Below are positions 15,148 to 24,285 of a DNA stretch of 64,000 nt, in pieces (position 1 is the first letter of the stretch; each line of letters opens with the position of its first letter). Source of the stretch: a virus (Duplodnaviria > Caudoviricetes); the IMG/VR virus record IMGVR_UViG_3300044652_000025, positions 1-64,000 of that record; one strand, written 5' to 3'. The position numbers were made by a program, and so were the translations under genes. The notes beneath the pieces are model-generated. The model worked only from the letters and a program-made list of their open reading frames with translations. It was not told the DNA's origin and made no database searches.

Positions 15148-15669
15148 ATGCAGGTCACAGTCTCATTTGACCCTTCCACCCTGGCCTCGTGGCAGGAGGC
15201 CGAGGCCCTCCTCCAGCGCCTCAAGCCCGCCGAGCCGATTCCGGGCGAGGACTCCTGGATCGTGGAGGAGCCGGGCGACGGGTTCGCCGAGGCCACCCGC
15301 CATTTCCTGAAGACCCGCGCCCCGCAGAGCCTCTTCGGCGTCTGCCTCAGCTGGCTCAGCCGTCAAGACGAGATGGGCCGCACGCTCCGAATCGGCCTCT
15401 CGAAGACCAGTGACGACGGCTGGGGCAACTACATCCAGGTCCGCGTCCCGGGACCGATGGGGGCCTGTGCGGTCCTTACGCCCTCGACCGGCCGCATCGA
15501 CTTCCGGCTGCCGCCGTCATCGGCCCAGGGCTATGAGCACGCCGTGGCGAGGCCGGATGCCACGTCGGTCTACAAAGTCCAGTGCTACCTCACCAAGGCC
15601 AGCTACGACGAGTGCATCGCCCTTGCCGACGACGCCGCGGCTCGGGGCGTCCAGCAAGCCGATTGGTAG
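15148..15669 (+). CDS. Moron-like hypothetical protein (173 aa) on the opposite strand
   Basis: Own promoter, AAAGGAG SD, GC3-rich codons, exactly fills the gap between portal and head gene. Confidence 0.7.
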   Translation: MQVTVSFDPSTLASWQEAEALLQRLKPAEPIPGEDSWIVEEPGDGFAEATRHFLKTRAPQSLFGVCLSWLSRQDEMGRTLRIGLSKTSDDGWGNYIQVRVPGPMGACAVLTPSTGRIDFRLPPSSAQGYEHAVARPDATSVYKVQCYLTKASYDECIALADDAAARGVQQADW

Positions 15670-18531
15670 TCAGCCCGCCTCCTCGTCGAGGGGCACATCG
15701 CGCCGGACCCCGGCGTGGCGGCGCATCCCCACATGCCTCGGTCCCGAGATCAGGCGGCTCCGGCCCTCGGTGACCTCGATCTCCTCCTCCGAGCCATCCT
15801 CGGCGGTGACGATGATCTTGGCGGGCTTGGGCATCCCGGCCCGCATCTCGTCGCTCTCCGGCGGCCGGGCCGGATGCTGGAGCATCTGGTTCCGGGGGAG
15901 CGGGATGACCGCGCCCATCGGGGGCATGGCCTGAGGCGGCATCTCCCCACCCCCGGCCTCGGCCCCCTGAGCGGCAGCGGCCATCTCCTCCGGAGTCGGC
16001 GCCAGCGCCATCGTGGTAGGGGCGGTCATGCCTACGGTCGGGATCGGCTGCTCCTGGTCCTGGCCCGCCTGCTCCTTGGCCTGCATGGCCTTGGGCTCGT
16101 AGTCGGCCAGCAGGTCGTCGGGGATGTGCAGCCCCCGGGCCTTGAGTTCCTTGTAGGTCTCTTTCCTGACCTCTTCGGCCTCCACGGCCTGGTTGACCTG
16201 CTCCTCGTGGGTGCGCTCGACCTCGTCGTCCAGGTCGATGGGGACGTTGACCAGGCGGGTCTGCATGGAGATCGGGACACCACTGGCCCGGAGGGCCTCG
16301 TAGAACTGCCGGGTGGCCTCCTCGTCCTGCATGGACATGACCTTGATCTTGAGATCGGGGACGAGGAGCTTGGGTTGCTCCACGATGCGCTGCTCGCCGG
16401 TCTCCTCGTCGAACTCCAGGATCTCCTCCATGACCGGGTACCGCTTGCCGCCGCGCTCCTCGTAGTCGTAATGCTCCTGGGCCTCGGCGACGACGAGCAT
16501 CCGGTCCTTGACGAACTTCTTGATCAGCCGCTGGTAGGTGGTGAGCAGCTGGGAGATCAGATCTCGGTTCAGGGCATCAGCCGCGTAGGTCTCGCCCGAC
16601 CCGGCACCGGAGAGCATGGTCCGGCTCAGCCCGAAGGTCTGGAGGATCCGCTCCTCCAGACGGTCGAAGTCGTTGTCCATGTTGGGGATGACCTCGCGGC
16701 CCAGCACCGGCCCGATCTCCAGGGCGAAGTGGTGGACGAGGACCCGGAAGTCCCCGGCCAGGGCGGCGTCGAGGGCCTCCTCGAAGTCGGCCAGGTCGTC
16801 CTCGGTCGGCACCCACGGCTGGGAGGTGCCGAGGTCGCTGGCGCTGGCGCCGAGCTTGGCCACGATGAGGGGCGTGTAGAGCCGGTCGGCGACCGAGTCC
16901 ATGGCCGCCATCATCATCTCTTCCTGCATGACGGCCCGGAAGGCCCGCATGAGGATCGGGACACCCCGCGGGAAGAACGTGTCGGCCTTGAACCGCAGCT
17001 GCTTCAGCAGGACGTTGCTGACCGGCATCCGGGCCTGGTCCCCGAGGAAGTTCTTCAACTCGGGATAGGTCGCCATCAGCTGCTCGAACTCCCACTTCGG
17101 GGAGCGCTCCTGGATGATCTTCCTCAGCGTCTCAGGGAGGCGGATCTCGAAGCGGGGCTCTTTGAGGAACGGTGACCGTTTTACTTCAACATCGTCGGGG
17201 TTCAGGAGTTCGTCCGATTCCCAGATCCCGAGCATCTCGTTGAACGAGCCCAGTGGCCAGGCTTCACCGACGGTCCAGTACTCCCGCCCGACGTCGATGA
17301 GGTAGTCCTCGTAGCCAAGCTCATCGAAGAAGAGGTCGGTGTAGAAGTCGGTCAGAGCCTTGTCTTTGCAGACGAACTCCATCCCGGTGAGGGGATACTT
17401 GCTGAAAATATCGATCGCCGATGCGATGATCGGGTGGGTCATATATAGGAGCCTGCAATTGCGAGAGCCATAGCCCCAGGCGATGTAGTTGCCCGTCTCG
17501 GTCTGCATCGAGACGACCTCGCCAGGACCGATCGCCCGGACCTCAACGACGTGATCCTTCGACCCGGCGCACCCAAGCCGGTCGTTCCATGCCTGCTCCA
17601 CCTTGACCGACCACGGCATCCAGGTCCGCAGGCGAGCACGGTTCTCTAGGGTCCCTCGCAGAATCCAGAGACGAACACCTGGCGTCCGATCGTTGACTCG
17701 GTAGTCCAGACCCAAGACGTTGAGGGCCGCTTCGATACGTTCGCAGATGGCCCCATTGACCTCGGCCGACTGACCAATCCTGATCTCGCCGCCGGTCACG
17801 GTCCCATCGGCGTCGATGATGCCTGCCAGATACCCAGCGGCCTCGACATCCTTACGATTCACCAGAGGGGCCACCGGCTGCACCAGGCTCACCATGGTGT
17901 TGAAGCGCGTCGGCCCACCCGGGCCACCCTTTGAAGGACGAATCAGGGGCTCGTACTCGTTCGCCCCAGGCGCGCTGGCGTGCCAGTAGTTGGCCCATTG
18001 GTGGTCGGGGGTGCAACGGATGACCCGACCGCTCTCCATCGTGGCCTCGACCACCATGGGGGCTTCTCTCCGTTTCGTCGCCAGCACCTTGGTGGACACC
18101 ATGCGCTTACGCCGACGCTGGGGTCCGACCTTCCAGCCGATCACCTCGTCGCCGACGACCACCTCGCCGATGGGCTTGAAGGTTCCATCAGCCATGAGAA
18201 TGGGTGCATCTGGCGTATTGCAGTACTCCCTGATCTTGGGGAGTTCATCGTCCTTCGTGTAGTCGAAGGGCAGGTTGTTCTGGCGCCAGTAGAAGAGGGG
18301 ATCCCTCGGGCGGCCGGTGGCGAAGGAGACGCTGGGACCGCCGCCCCCGCCACCGCGGCCGTTCATGGCCTGGGCCAGCTTGGAGGCGATGCGGCGGTTG
18401 CGGGACATCTCGGCCCGGACACCGGAATCGTCGACGGGGCCTTCCTCCCGGCCCTTGGCCAAGGCTGCCTGCCAGGGGGTGAAACTGTGCGGCGCCGGGC
18501 GCCCGCTGATCTTCTTGCGCTCCTCAGCCAC
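15670..18531 (-). CDS. Portal protein (953 aa including intein)
   Basis: THPIIASAIDIFSKYP...GREYWTVGEAWP...RGVPILMRAFR...ADRLYTPLIVAKLG motifs recalled from large actinophage portals; head-gene position. Confidence 0.8.
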   Translation of the reverse strand: MAEERKKISGRPAPHSFTPWQAALAKGREEGPVDDSGVRAEMSRNRRIASKLAQAMNGRGGGGGGPSVSFATGRPRDPLFYWRQNNLPFDYTKDDELPKIREYCNTPDAPILMADGTFKPIGEVVVGDEVIGWKVGPQRRRKRMVSTKVLATKRREAPMVVEATMESGRVIRCTPDHQWANYWHASAPGANEYEPLIRPSKGGPGGPTRFNTMVSLVQPVAPLVNRKDVEAAGYLAGIIDADGTVTGGEIRIGQSAEVNGAICERIEAALNVLGLDYRVNDRTPGVRLWILRGTLENRARLRTWMPWSVKVEQAWNDRLGCAGSKDHVVEVRAIGPGEVVSMQTETGNYIAWGYGSRNCRLLYMTHPIIASAIDIFSKYPLTGMEFVCKDKALTDFYTDLFFDELGYEDYLIDVGREYWTVGEAWPLGSFNEMLGIWESDELLNPDDVEVKRSPFLKEPRFEIRLPETLRKIIQERSPKWEFEQLMATYPELKNFLGDQARMPVSNVLLKQLRFKADTFFPRGVPILMRAFRAVMQEEMMMAAMDSVADRLYTPLIVAKLGASASDLGTSQPWVPTEDDLADFEEALDAALAGDFRVLVHHFALEIGPVLGREVIPNMDNDFDRLEERILQTFGLSRTMLSGAGSGETYAADALNRDLISQLLTTYQRLIKKFVKDRMLVVAEAQEHYDYEERGGKRYPVMEEILEFDEETGEQRIVEQPKLLVPDLKIKVMSMQDEEATRQFYEALRASGVPISMQTRLVNVPIDLDDEVERTHEEQVNQAVEAEEVRKETYKELKARGLHIPDDLLADYEPKAMQAKEQAGQDQEQPIPTVGMTAPTTMALAPTPEEMAAAAQGAEAGGGEMPPQAMPPMGAVIPLPRNQMLQHPARPPESDEMRAGMPKPAKIIVTAEDGSEEEIEVTEGRSRLISGPRHVGMRRHAGVRRDVPLDEEAG
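17458..18222 (-). mobile_element. Intein (255 aa) with LAGLIDADG-type endonuclease motif, inside the portal
   Basis: N-terminal CNTPDAPILMADGTFKPIGEVVVGDEV (block A), RCTPDH (block B), YLAGIIDADG, C-terminal VVSMQTETGNYIAWGYGSRN followed by Cys+1. Confidence 0.9.
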
Positions 18532-18856
18532 GTCTCACCTCATACGCCTTCCAGCCCCGCAGCGCCAGCGCCCGAATCCTGTTGCCGAACTCGCGGCGTA
18601 CCGGCCAGGGAACCACACCGTCGTAGCGCTCCAGCAGCGCCAGGAGCACCCCCAGGTTGTCGGCGCAGGTGGCGCAGAGCAAGGCCGATTCGCCCTGAGC
18701 ATCGGGCGAGAGATAGACGTCACGGACCACCAACGGGGTCGGGGAGTGGAAGGCGGCGCCGACGCATTCTGTCTGCCGGGCGAACCATCCTTCGGCGGGG
18801 ACATCCAGTCCCAGGGCATCGAGCGCCTCGGCAAGCTTGGCGGGGAAGGACATCAC
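18524..18856 (-). CDS. Hypothetical Cys-containing protein (110 aa)
   Basis: Overlaps both neighbours; LCATC motif. Confidence 0.6.
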   Translation of the reverse strand: MMSFPAKLAEALDALGLDVPAEGWFARQTECVGAAFHSPTPLVVRDVYLSPDAQGESALLCATCADNLGVLLALLERYDGVVPWPVRREFGNRIRALALRGWKAYEVRRG

Positions 18857-19521
18857 TGCCGCCGCGATGACGCACCCCGGTTCTCGTCCCGCAGGATCTT
18901 GAGCACCGCCGACTTGTCGTCGGCGTGGAGGACGGCGAGATGACGCACGAACGTCTCGACGTCGCGGGGGATGCCGTCCTCACCGAGCAGGAAGCTCTGC
19001 TTGAACTGCGGCGGGATGTTGCTGTCATCACCGTCCTCGTCGCCGCCCTCACCCAGCAGTACCTCGAACTCGGCGTTGATGTCGCCCGGTGGCCCGCTGG
19101 GAACCGGCGCACCCTCGGATGTGGTCTGGCCGCCCTGGTCGCCGGTCGGCTCGCCGCCGCGTTCGCCGGGCATCCCCGGCATCTGGAGTGGCTCGCCGGT
19201 GAGGGGGTTGGTCTGGGGCTGGGACGGCTTCGTCGGCTGGACCTGGACGGTGAAGGCTGTATCGCAGAAGTCGCACTCGATGGTCCCGTCCGAGCGCCCG
19301 GTGACCTGGCCACCACCACACATAGGGCAGTGGTAGACGGTCGCGCCGTCGCCGGAGTCGTGGGCGACGGTCTGGAGCGAGCCGTGGAAGCCGATCGGAC
19401 GGCCTTCGCCACCCTTGCCCGTCGGATGGCATCCGGGGCAGAGCAGACGCCCGTCCTCGGCCCGCATCCGGGGCCGAAAGGCGGGCATACGGATCCCGCA
19501 CCCCTCACAGAGTCGAGCCAT
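18853..19521 (-). CDS. Zn-ribbon protein (222 aa)
   Basis: CEGC/CPGC and AHDSGDG...HCPMCGGGQV..RSDGTIECDFC motifs. Confidence 0.7.
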   Translation of the reverse strand: MARLCEGCGIRMPAFRPRMRAEDGRLLCPGCHPTGKGGEGRPIGFHGSLQTVAHDSGDGATVYHCPMCGGGQVTGRSDGTIECDFCDTAFTVQVQPTKPSQPQTNPLTGEPLQMPGMPGERGGEPTGDQGGQTTSEGAPVPSGPPGDINAEFEVLLGEGGDEDGDDSNIPPQFKQSFLLGEDGIPRDVETFVRHLAVLHADDKSAVLKILRDENRGASSRRQ

Positions 19522-19522
19522 C

Positions 19523-19984
19523 TCAGCCTCCGAACGCGTCGCGGAGCAGGGCCAGGGCGGCGTAGGACACGAAGCCTTCGGCCTCGTCGTCGTCGAGGCT
19601 GGCCAGGATCTCCTGGACGGCCGGATCCTCCCGCAGCTGGGCGGTCACGCTCATGAGGGCCTGCTCGGCCGCCGGGGCCACCGCGGCGAGATAGCCCTCC
19701 TCGGCCATGACGGCCAGCAGGCCCTGGTTGCCGCGCCGTTCGTAGACGTCGCGCACCGCGGTGGAGACCAGGCCCGGTCCCTGCTGCGCTCCCCCGGCGG
19801 CGAGGAGGTCGTGGTTGGCGGTGAGGGTGATCTCACCGCGGCGCTCGCCGGTCGACCACAGGACGTGGCAGGCCGACCCTCCGTTGGAGAGAATCTTGCC
19901 TTCGTCGCCGACGGTCAGGCGGTCGCCATTGAACTCGTCGCCGACGAACGAAACCCGAGCGCCCTCCCGGGGAGCCGTGCTCAT
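19523..19984 (-). CDS. Hypothetical protein (153 aa; start re-assigned to MSTAPREG)
   Basis: ATG 2 nt after the upstream stop; the upstream extension in the ORF track is shadow. Confidence 0.65.
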   Translation of the reverse strand: MSTAPREGARVSFVGDEFNGDRLTVGDEGKILSNGGSACHVLWSTGERRGEITLTANHDLLAAGGAQQGPGLVSTAVRDVYERRGNQGLLAVMAEEGYLAAVAPAAEQALMSVTAQLREDPAVQEILASLDDDEAEGFVSYAALALLRDAFGG

Positions 19985-19986
19985 CC

Positions 19987-21546
19987 TCAGGCCGACCTCT
20001 TCTGCACCATGTTCGGGTAGCGGGCGATGACCTGCTCGGCCACCCTGACGGCCTCCCGCTTGGGCAGGCCGGGATTGGCGGCCGTGATGCTGGTCGTGAT
20101 CTCGATGACCTTGGCGGTGATGGGATCCATCGCCGAGGTCCGGCGACGCTGGAGATTCTCGTCGTAGGTGACCTTGCTCCGGTCCACCGTCGTGCCGCAC
20201 TGGACGCAGCGGTAGTCACCCCGCTCGTCCCCATACATCGGCTTCATCCGGCCGTTGCAGTTGGGGCACTGGACCGGTGCTTCCCCGGCTGTTTTGGGAT
20301 CCATGGCAGAGGTCCGGGTGGCGTTGGCCTTCTCGGAGCCGGTGGCGACATGGCCGCACTTCGGACACTTCCAGTCGGTCATGCCCTGGAGGCCGCTCTC
20401 GGGGCGCATCCGGGTCCCGCACTGGGAGCAGGTGTAGCGGTAGGTGGCCGCCTCGACCTGGCCCGGCCGGTAGTCCTCGGGGTGCGCCGGGTCGCCCTTG
20501 GCCGCGAACGCCCCTTCGAGCGACCCCCCACCCTCGGAGTGGACGAAGTATCCGCTGGCGATCTCCTCGGGCAACAGCAGTCGCTTGAAGAACTTCATGA
20601 ACCAGCCGGGGATCTTCTCCCGGTCGGAACCGTTGCGGGCGGCGTTGATGGCTCCGGCGACCCCGGCGGCGAAGCCTCCGAAGCCGATCCCTCCGGCGCC
20701 GGGCAGGTCGGCCTCGACCTCCAGGCTGGAGTACCGCCCGAACTCACTCAGGTCACCGACGGGGCCATGGGCCGCGTCGTGGGCCTCGACGTAGCTGTCG
20801 GCCTGATCCTCGGAGAAGAAGCTCCGGACGACTTCACCACCGCCCATCACGACGTCCCACGATCCCTCGGGGGAGTGCTCGACGTGCATCAGCCCGAAGC
20901 CGAGCTTGCTGGCGTACTTCGGCTCGGTGTCGTAGCCGCCGCACTTGGGGCAGCGCACCTCGACCGTCCGCGGGCCGATCTTCTTCTTGAAGCTCCGGCC
21001 GCACTCGTTGCACTGCATCGGGGTGGGCTGGGCTTCGGCCTCAGCAGTCAGACTGGAGAAGCGGTAGCTACCCGGCGGCTGGAGGATGACGGGGTACCAC
21101 GTCTGGCCCAGCCTGGCGGCGGCCTCCCAGGTTTCGTTGGAGTCGGTGTATGGGCCGATGGCGACATAGCCGCGGTCGTCGCGGCCGATGATGACCCAGT
21201 TCCCGGCCACCGCCGTCTTCGACCCCGTCGCATGGGTGTTGGTCGCCCCTGCGGCCGAGACCGCCGACGATCCACACTCGGGGCAGTTGGGCATGGGCTG
21301 GGCCGGGTCGGTGGCTGACACCTGGAACTCCGTGAAGCAGTTCGAGCACCGGGCGGTCTGGGAGACCACGTTGGTGTTGTGGAGGGTGTCCATCGGAGGG
21401 TCGGACTCCCAGGCCGCGGTGGCCTCCAGGTCGTCGACCTCGATGTCGTCCGATCCGCAGGCACAGGCCCCGGTGGCCATCACCTGATCCAGGCTGGCGA
21501 GTCCCTCCTGGCCACAGGCGTGGCAGCGGATGGGGAGCTTGACCAT
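19987..21546 (-). CDS. Multi-Zn-ribbon head-region protein (519 aa; start re-assigned to MVKLPIRC)
   Basis: Five Cys-pair ribbons; start overlaps the upstream stop; KTA/EA linkers. Confidence 0.7.
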   Translation of the reverse strand: MVKLPIRCHACGQEGLASLDQVMATGACACGSDDIEVDDLEATAAWESDPPMDTLHNTNVVSQTARCSNCFTEFQVSATDPAQPMPNCPECGSSAVSAAGATNTHATGSKTAVAGNWVIIGRDDRGYVAIGPYTDSNETWEAAARLGQTWYPVILQPPGSYRFSSLTAEAEAQPTPMQCNECGRSFKKKIGPRTVEVRCPKCGGYDTEPKYASKLGFGLMHVEHSPEGSWDVVMGGGEVVRSFFSEDQADSYVEAHDAAHGPVGDLSEFGRYSSLEVEADLPGAGGIGFGGFAAGVAGAINAARNGSDREKIPGWFMKFFKRLLLPEEIASGYFVHSEGGGSLEGAFAAKGDPAHPEDYRPGQVEAATYRYTCSQCGTRMRPESGLQGMTDWKCPKCGHVATGSEKANATRTSAMDPKTAGEAPVQCPNCNGRMKPMYGDERGDYRCVQCGTTVDRSKVTYDENLQRRRTSAMDPITAKVIEITTSITAANPGLPKREAVRVAEQVIARYPNMVQKRSA

Positions 21547-24167
21547 CACATCCCTCCGGGACGCTGGGGCGGTGTCGGTGGCATCGTCTGGATCCCCATG
21601 CCCATCCCCGGCGCCTGAGGCGGAGGCGGAGGTGGCGGCTGCTGGGTCGACCCATCGGGTATGGTGCGGGGCTTGCTGGTCTGCGCCGGACCGGTGGGGG
21701 CCTGCTGCTGGGGCGCGGGGGCGGGCATGTTGTCGGGCTTGGCCGCCTCGGGGACGTAGGGGTTGTTGGCCGGGAGGTAGGGGTTGGCACCCTCGTGGCG
21801 CTGGCTCAGGTACTTCGGCGTCGGGAAGAGGCTGTCGACGGCGTTCTCGAACTTCTCGCCGACCTCGGCCGGGTCGAACTTCGGCCCCGAAGGGATGCCC
21901 TCGTCCTCGGCGGCCAGGACGACCTGGTGACCCCATTTGGATCCGGTGTGCCGCCAGGACCGCCCGTCCCAGCCGACGGGCTCGTCACAGACCGCGCACT
22001 TGGAGGCCGACACGCCGCCCCAGTTGTCGTGCTTGCGCCAGTACTCGGCGGCCCGGTCCTCCAGCGCCCTGGCGCGGGCGGGGTCGGTCAGCCGCAGGCA
22101 GTCGGGCTCGTGGGGCTGCTTCCAGTCGTTGCCGCAGTGGGGACAGTGGTCGCCCCAGACGCCGTACTCGGTGCCGTCCTCGTCGGCCTGCTTCTGGAGT
22201 GTTGACTCCTTCTTGTCCTCGGTCTCGTGTTTGATGCGCCCGCAATATGCCGACGGATCGTCTTTGTCTGAGTTCTTGCTGGTGCAGTCGTCGAAGTCCT
22301 TGTAGTCGGCGAAGGGTGCGCCCTTCCGCATGGTTGCCGTATTGGCCGTCGTATTGACGACGAGCGGATGCACCGACCCGGCGGTGGGATAGGTACCGTT
22401 CCAGGTCATGTAATAGGGCGACGATGAGTACGTCGTCTGGCCGATCTGCAAGCTCGCCGTCGGCTGTTGGGCCGGAGGAGCCGTAGGGGTCTGATCCGGG
22501 GTCTGGGTCTGGTCCGATCTGCTGTTGGCCCAGTCGATCAGCTTGGGCAGGGGTACGTCATCGAAGCGGGCCTGGTTGTCGGGGTTCAGCTGGCCGAAGA
22601 TGTCGATGAGGTTCTGGGCGGTGTCGACATCGACGAGATGGCCTTCGACGTCGGTCGGCTGCTGGGTCGCCACGATCTGCTGGAGGGCGCCGATCCGTAC
22701 CCCCTGGTCGCCATCACCTGAATCGGTGCCGTCATCACTTGAATCGGTCGAGCCGTCCTGCTTCTGGAAGGGCGGGGCGTCAGCCGCGGTCCGCGAGCCG
22801 AAAGGGCGGCGGCTCCTCGACGAGTGCTTGGGCTCCTCGCCCCGCTCCTCGTGGCGCTCGGCGTCCTCCTTGGCACCGGGCACGTTGACCATGAGGGCGC
22901 GCTGGTAGCGGAGGGCCTCGTCCTTGGAGTCGAAGGTGGACTTCACCTCACCGATGTGGTTGACGACCTTCCACCGGCCGCCGTCCTGCTCCAGGTGGTA
23001 GCCGCCGTGTTCCTCCGCCGTCCGTTTGAAGGAGCGCCGGTTCATGAAGTCCTCGTCGGCGACTTCGGAGTGGAAACGCCGCGAGGCCGCCTGGCCACAA
23101 TCGGCGCAGTGCATCTTCTTGTCGTAGGGCCAGTAGAAGGCCGACTCGCCGGGCTCGATGCGGCGCTTGCAGTTCCTACAGGTCGAGCCGTAACGGGTGG
23201 TGATCCACCGCGGGTCGCCCCGGTAAGAGGAGGCGGCCTCCTTGGTGTCGCCGACCTCGGGGCAGCCCAGTTCCTTGGCCCGCTTGTTGATGTGGGCGAT
23301 GACCGAGTCCTTGTCCTTGGTGCTGGTGCCGATGCGGTGCTTGGCGTCACTCACGTCACCGCAGTCGGCGATGGGGAAGGACCCGTCCGACATGGCCCAG
23401 CCCTTGGAGGCGTACTCCTTACGGGTGGCCTCGTCGTAGTCCTTGGCCTGCTTCTTCAGGCTGGCGGGGACGTAAAGGCTGGACTGGGAGGACATCTGTC
23501 CGACCTCGCCGGTGGTGGTGACGTCGTCTCCGCCACCGTCGGTGGTGCAGAGCGGACACTCATCTTTTGGGCCGACGTGGTCGCCACCCTCGGGCGTGTC
23601 GGCCGAGTGGGTGGTGGCCGCGTCCTCGGCCGTCTTGCGGGTGGCCTCGCGGATGATGTCGCTCTCATCCACGTCCACGCCGGAGAAGTTGCCCGCCAGG
23701 TCGCCAGTCAGGATCGAGGCCAGTTGCTTGGCGTCCGAGTCCGACAGGCGGAAGCGCACCGTGTTGCCTGACGAGTCCTTGCCCTTGGCGACGTTGCCGC
23801 CGATGGGGCCGTCGAAGCTGACGTTGGTGAGGCTGACAGCGGTCCGCCGGGCAGCCTGCTTGCGCTCAGCCACTCGACGCTTGGCCTCCTGGCGCAGCCG
23901 GTCCTCGTTCAAGATAGAAAAATCTCTGGCGTAGGCGGCGTTGATCTCGTTGCGGAGCACGGCGAACTCCGCCCCGTCGGCCAGGGAGGCGCAGACCGCG
24001 TCGATCCGGTCGGCCACGACCGCCAGGCGGTTCTCGAAGTCGGCCGGATGCTCCGCCGCGGCGAGGAAGGTCCACACCGGCGCCGTGGCCACGCGGGCGG
24101 CGGTGAAGCGTCGCTCCCTGGTCTCGGCTTCCACGTCCCTCGACGCCTCGGTCCAGAGATCAGTCAT
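21546..24167 (-). CDS. Modular head-region protein (873 aa)
   Basis: AMSDGSFPIAD..DV..A...IG...VIAHI.KRAKELG module and PFADYKDFDDC..KN.DKDDPSAYCG.IK module recalled from phage head proteins; Zn ribbons; RTA/KTA/KQA linkers. Confidence 0.7.
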   Translation of the reverse strand: MTDLWTEASRDVEAETRERRFTAARVATAPVWTFLAAAEHPADFENRLAVVADRIDAVCASLADGAEFAVLRNEINAAYARDFSILNEDRLRQEAKRRVAERKQAARRTAVSLTNVSFDGPIGGNVAKGKDSSGNTVRFRLSDSDAKQLASILTGDLAGNFSGVDVDESDIIREATRKTAEDAATTHSADTPEGGDHVGPKDECPLCTTDGGGDDVTTTGEVGQMSSQSSLYVPASLKKQAKDYDEATRKEYASKGWAMSDGSFPIADCGDVSDAKHRIGTSTKDKDSVIAHINKRAKELGCPEVGDTKEAASSYRGDPRWITTRYGSTCRNCKRRIEPGESAFYWPYDKKMHCADCGQAASRRFHSEVADEDFMNRRSFKRTAEEHGGYHLEQDGGRWKVVNHIGEVKSTFDSKDEALRYQRALMVNVPGAKEDAERHEERGEEPKHSSRSRRPFGSRTAADAPPFQKQDGSTDSSDDGTDSGDGDQGVRIGALQQIVATQQPTDVEGHLVDVDTAQNLIDIFGQLNPDNQARFDDVPLPKLIDWANSRSDQTQTPDQTPTAPPAQQPTASLQIGQTTYSSSPYYMTWNGTYPTAGSVHPLVVNTTANTATMRKGAPFADYKDFDDCTSKNSDKDDPSAYCGRIKHETEDKKESTLQKQADEDGTEYGVWGDHCPHCGNDWKQPHEPDCLRLTDPARARALEDRAAEYWRKHDNWGGVSASKCAVCDEPVGWDGRSWRHTGSKWGHQVVLAAEDEGIPSGPKFDPAEVGEKFENAVDSLFPTPKYLSQRHEGANPYLPANNPYVPEAAKPDNMPAPAPQQQAPTGPAQTSKPRTIPDGSTQQPPPPPPPQAPGMGMGIQTMPPTPPQRPGGM

Positions 24168-24171
24168 GGGG

Positions 24172-24285
24172 TCAGTCCCCTCCTCCGAGCTTGCTGATGA
24201 TGGCGAAGAGCCCGATGATCGCCAGCACCACGATGACGATGATCCAGACGATGGCCTTGCCGACGAAGGCGATGGGCAGGAGCAT
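24172..24285 (-). CDS. 37-aa single-pass membrane microprotein (not in ORF track)
   Basis: MLLPIAFVGKAIVWIIVIVVLAIIGLFAIISKLGGGD; TGATG overlap with the upstream gene; fills the gap exactly. Confidence 0.65.
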   Translation of the reverse strand: MLLPIAFVGKAIVWIIVIVVLAIIGLFAIISKLGGGD

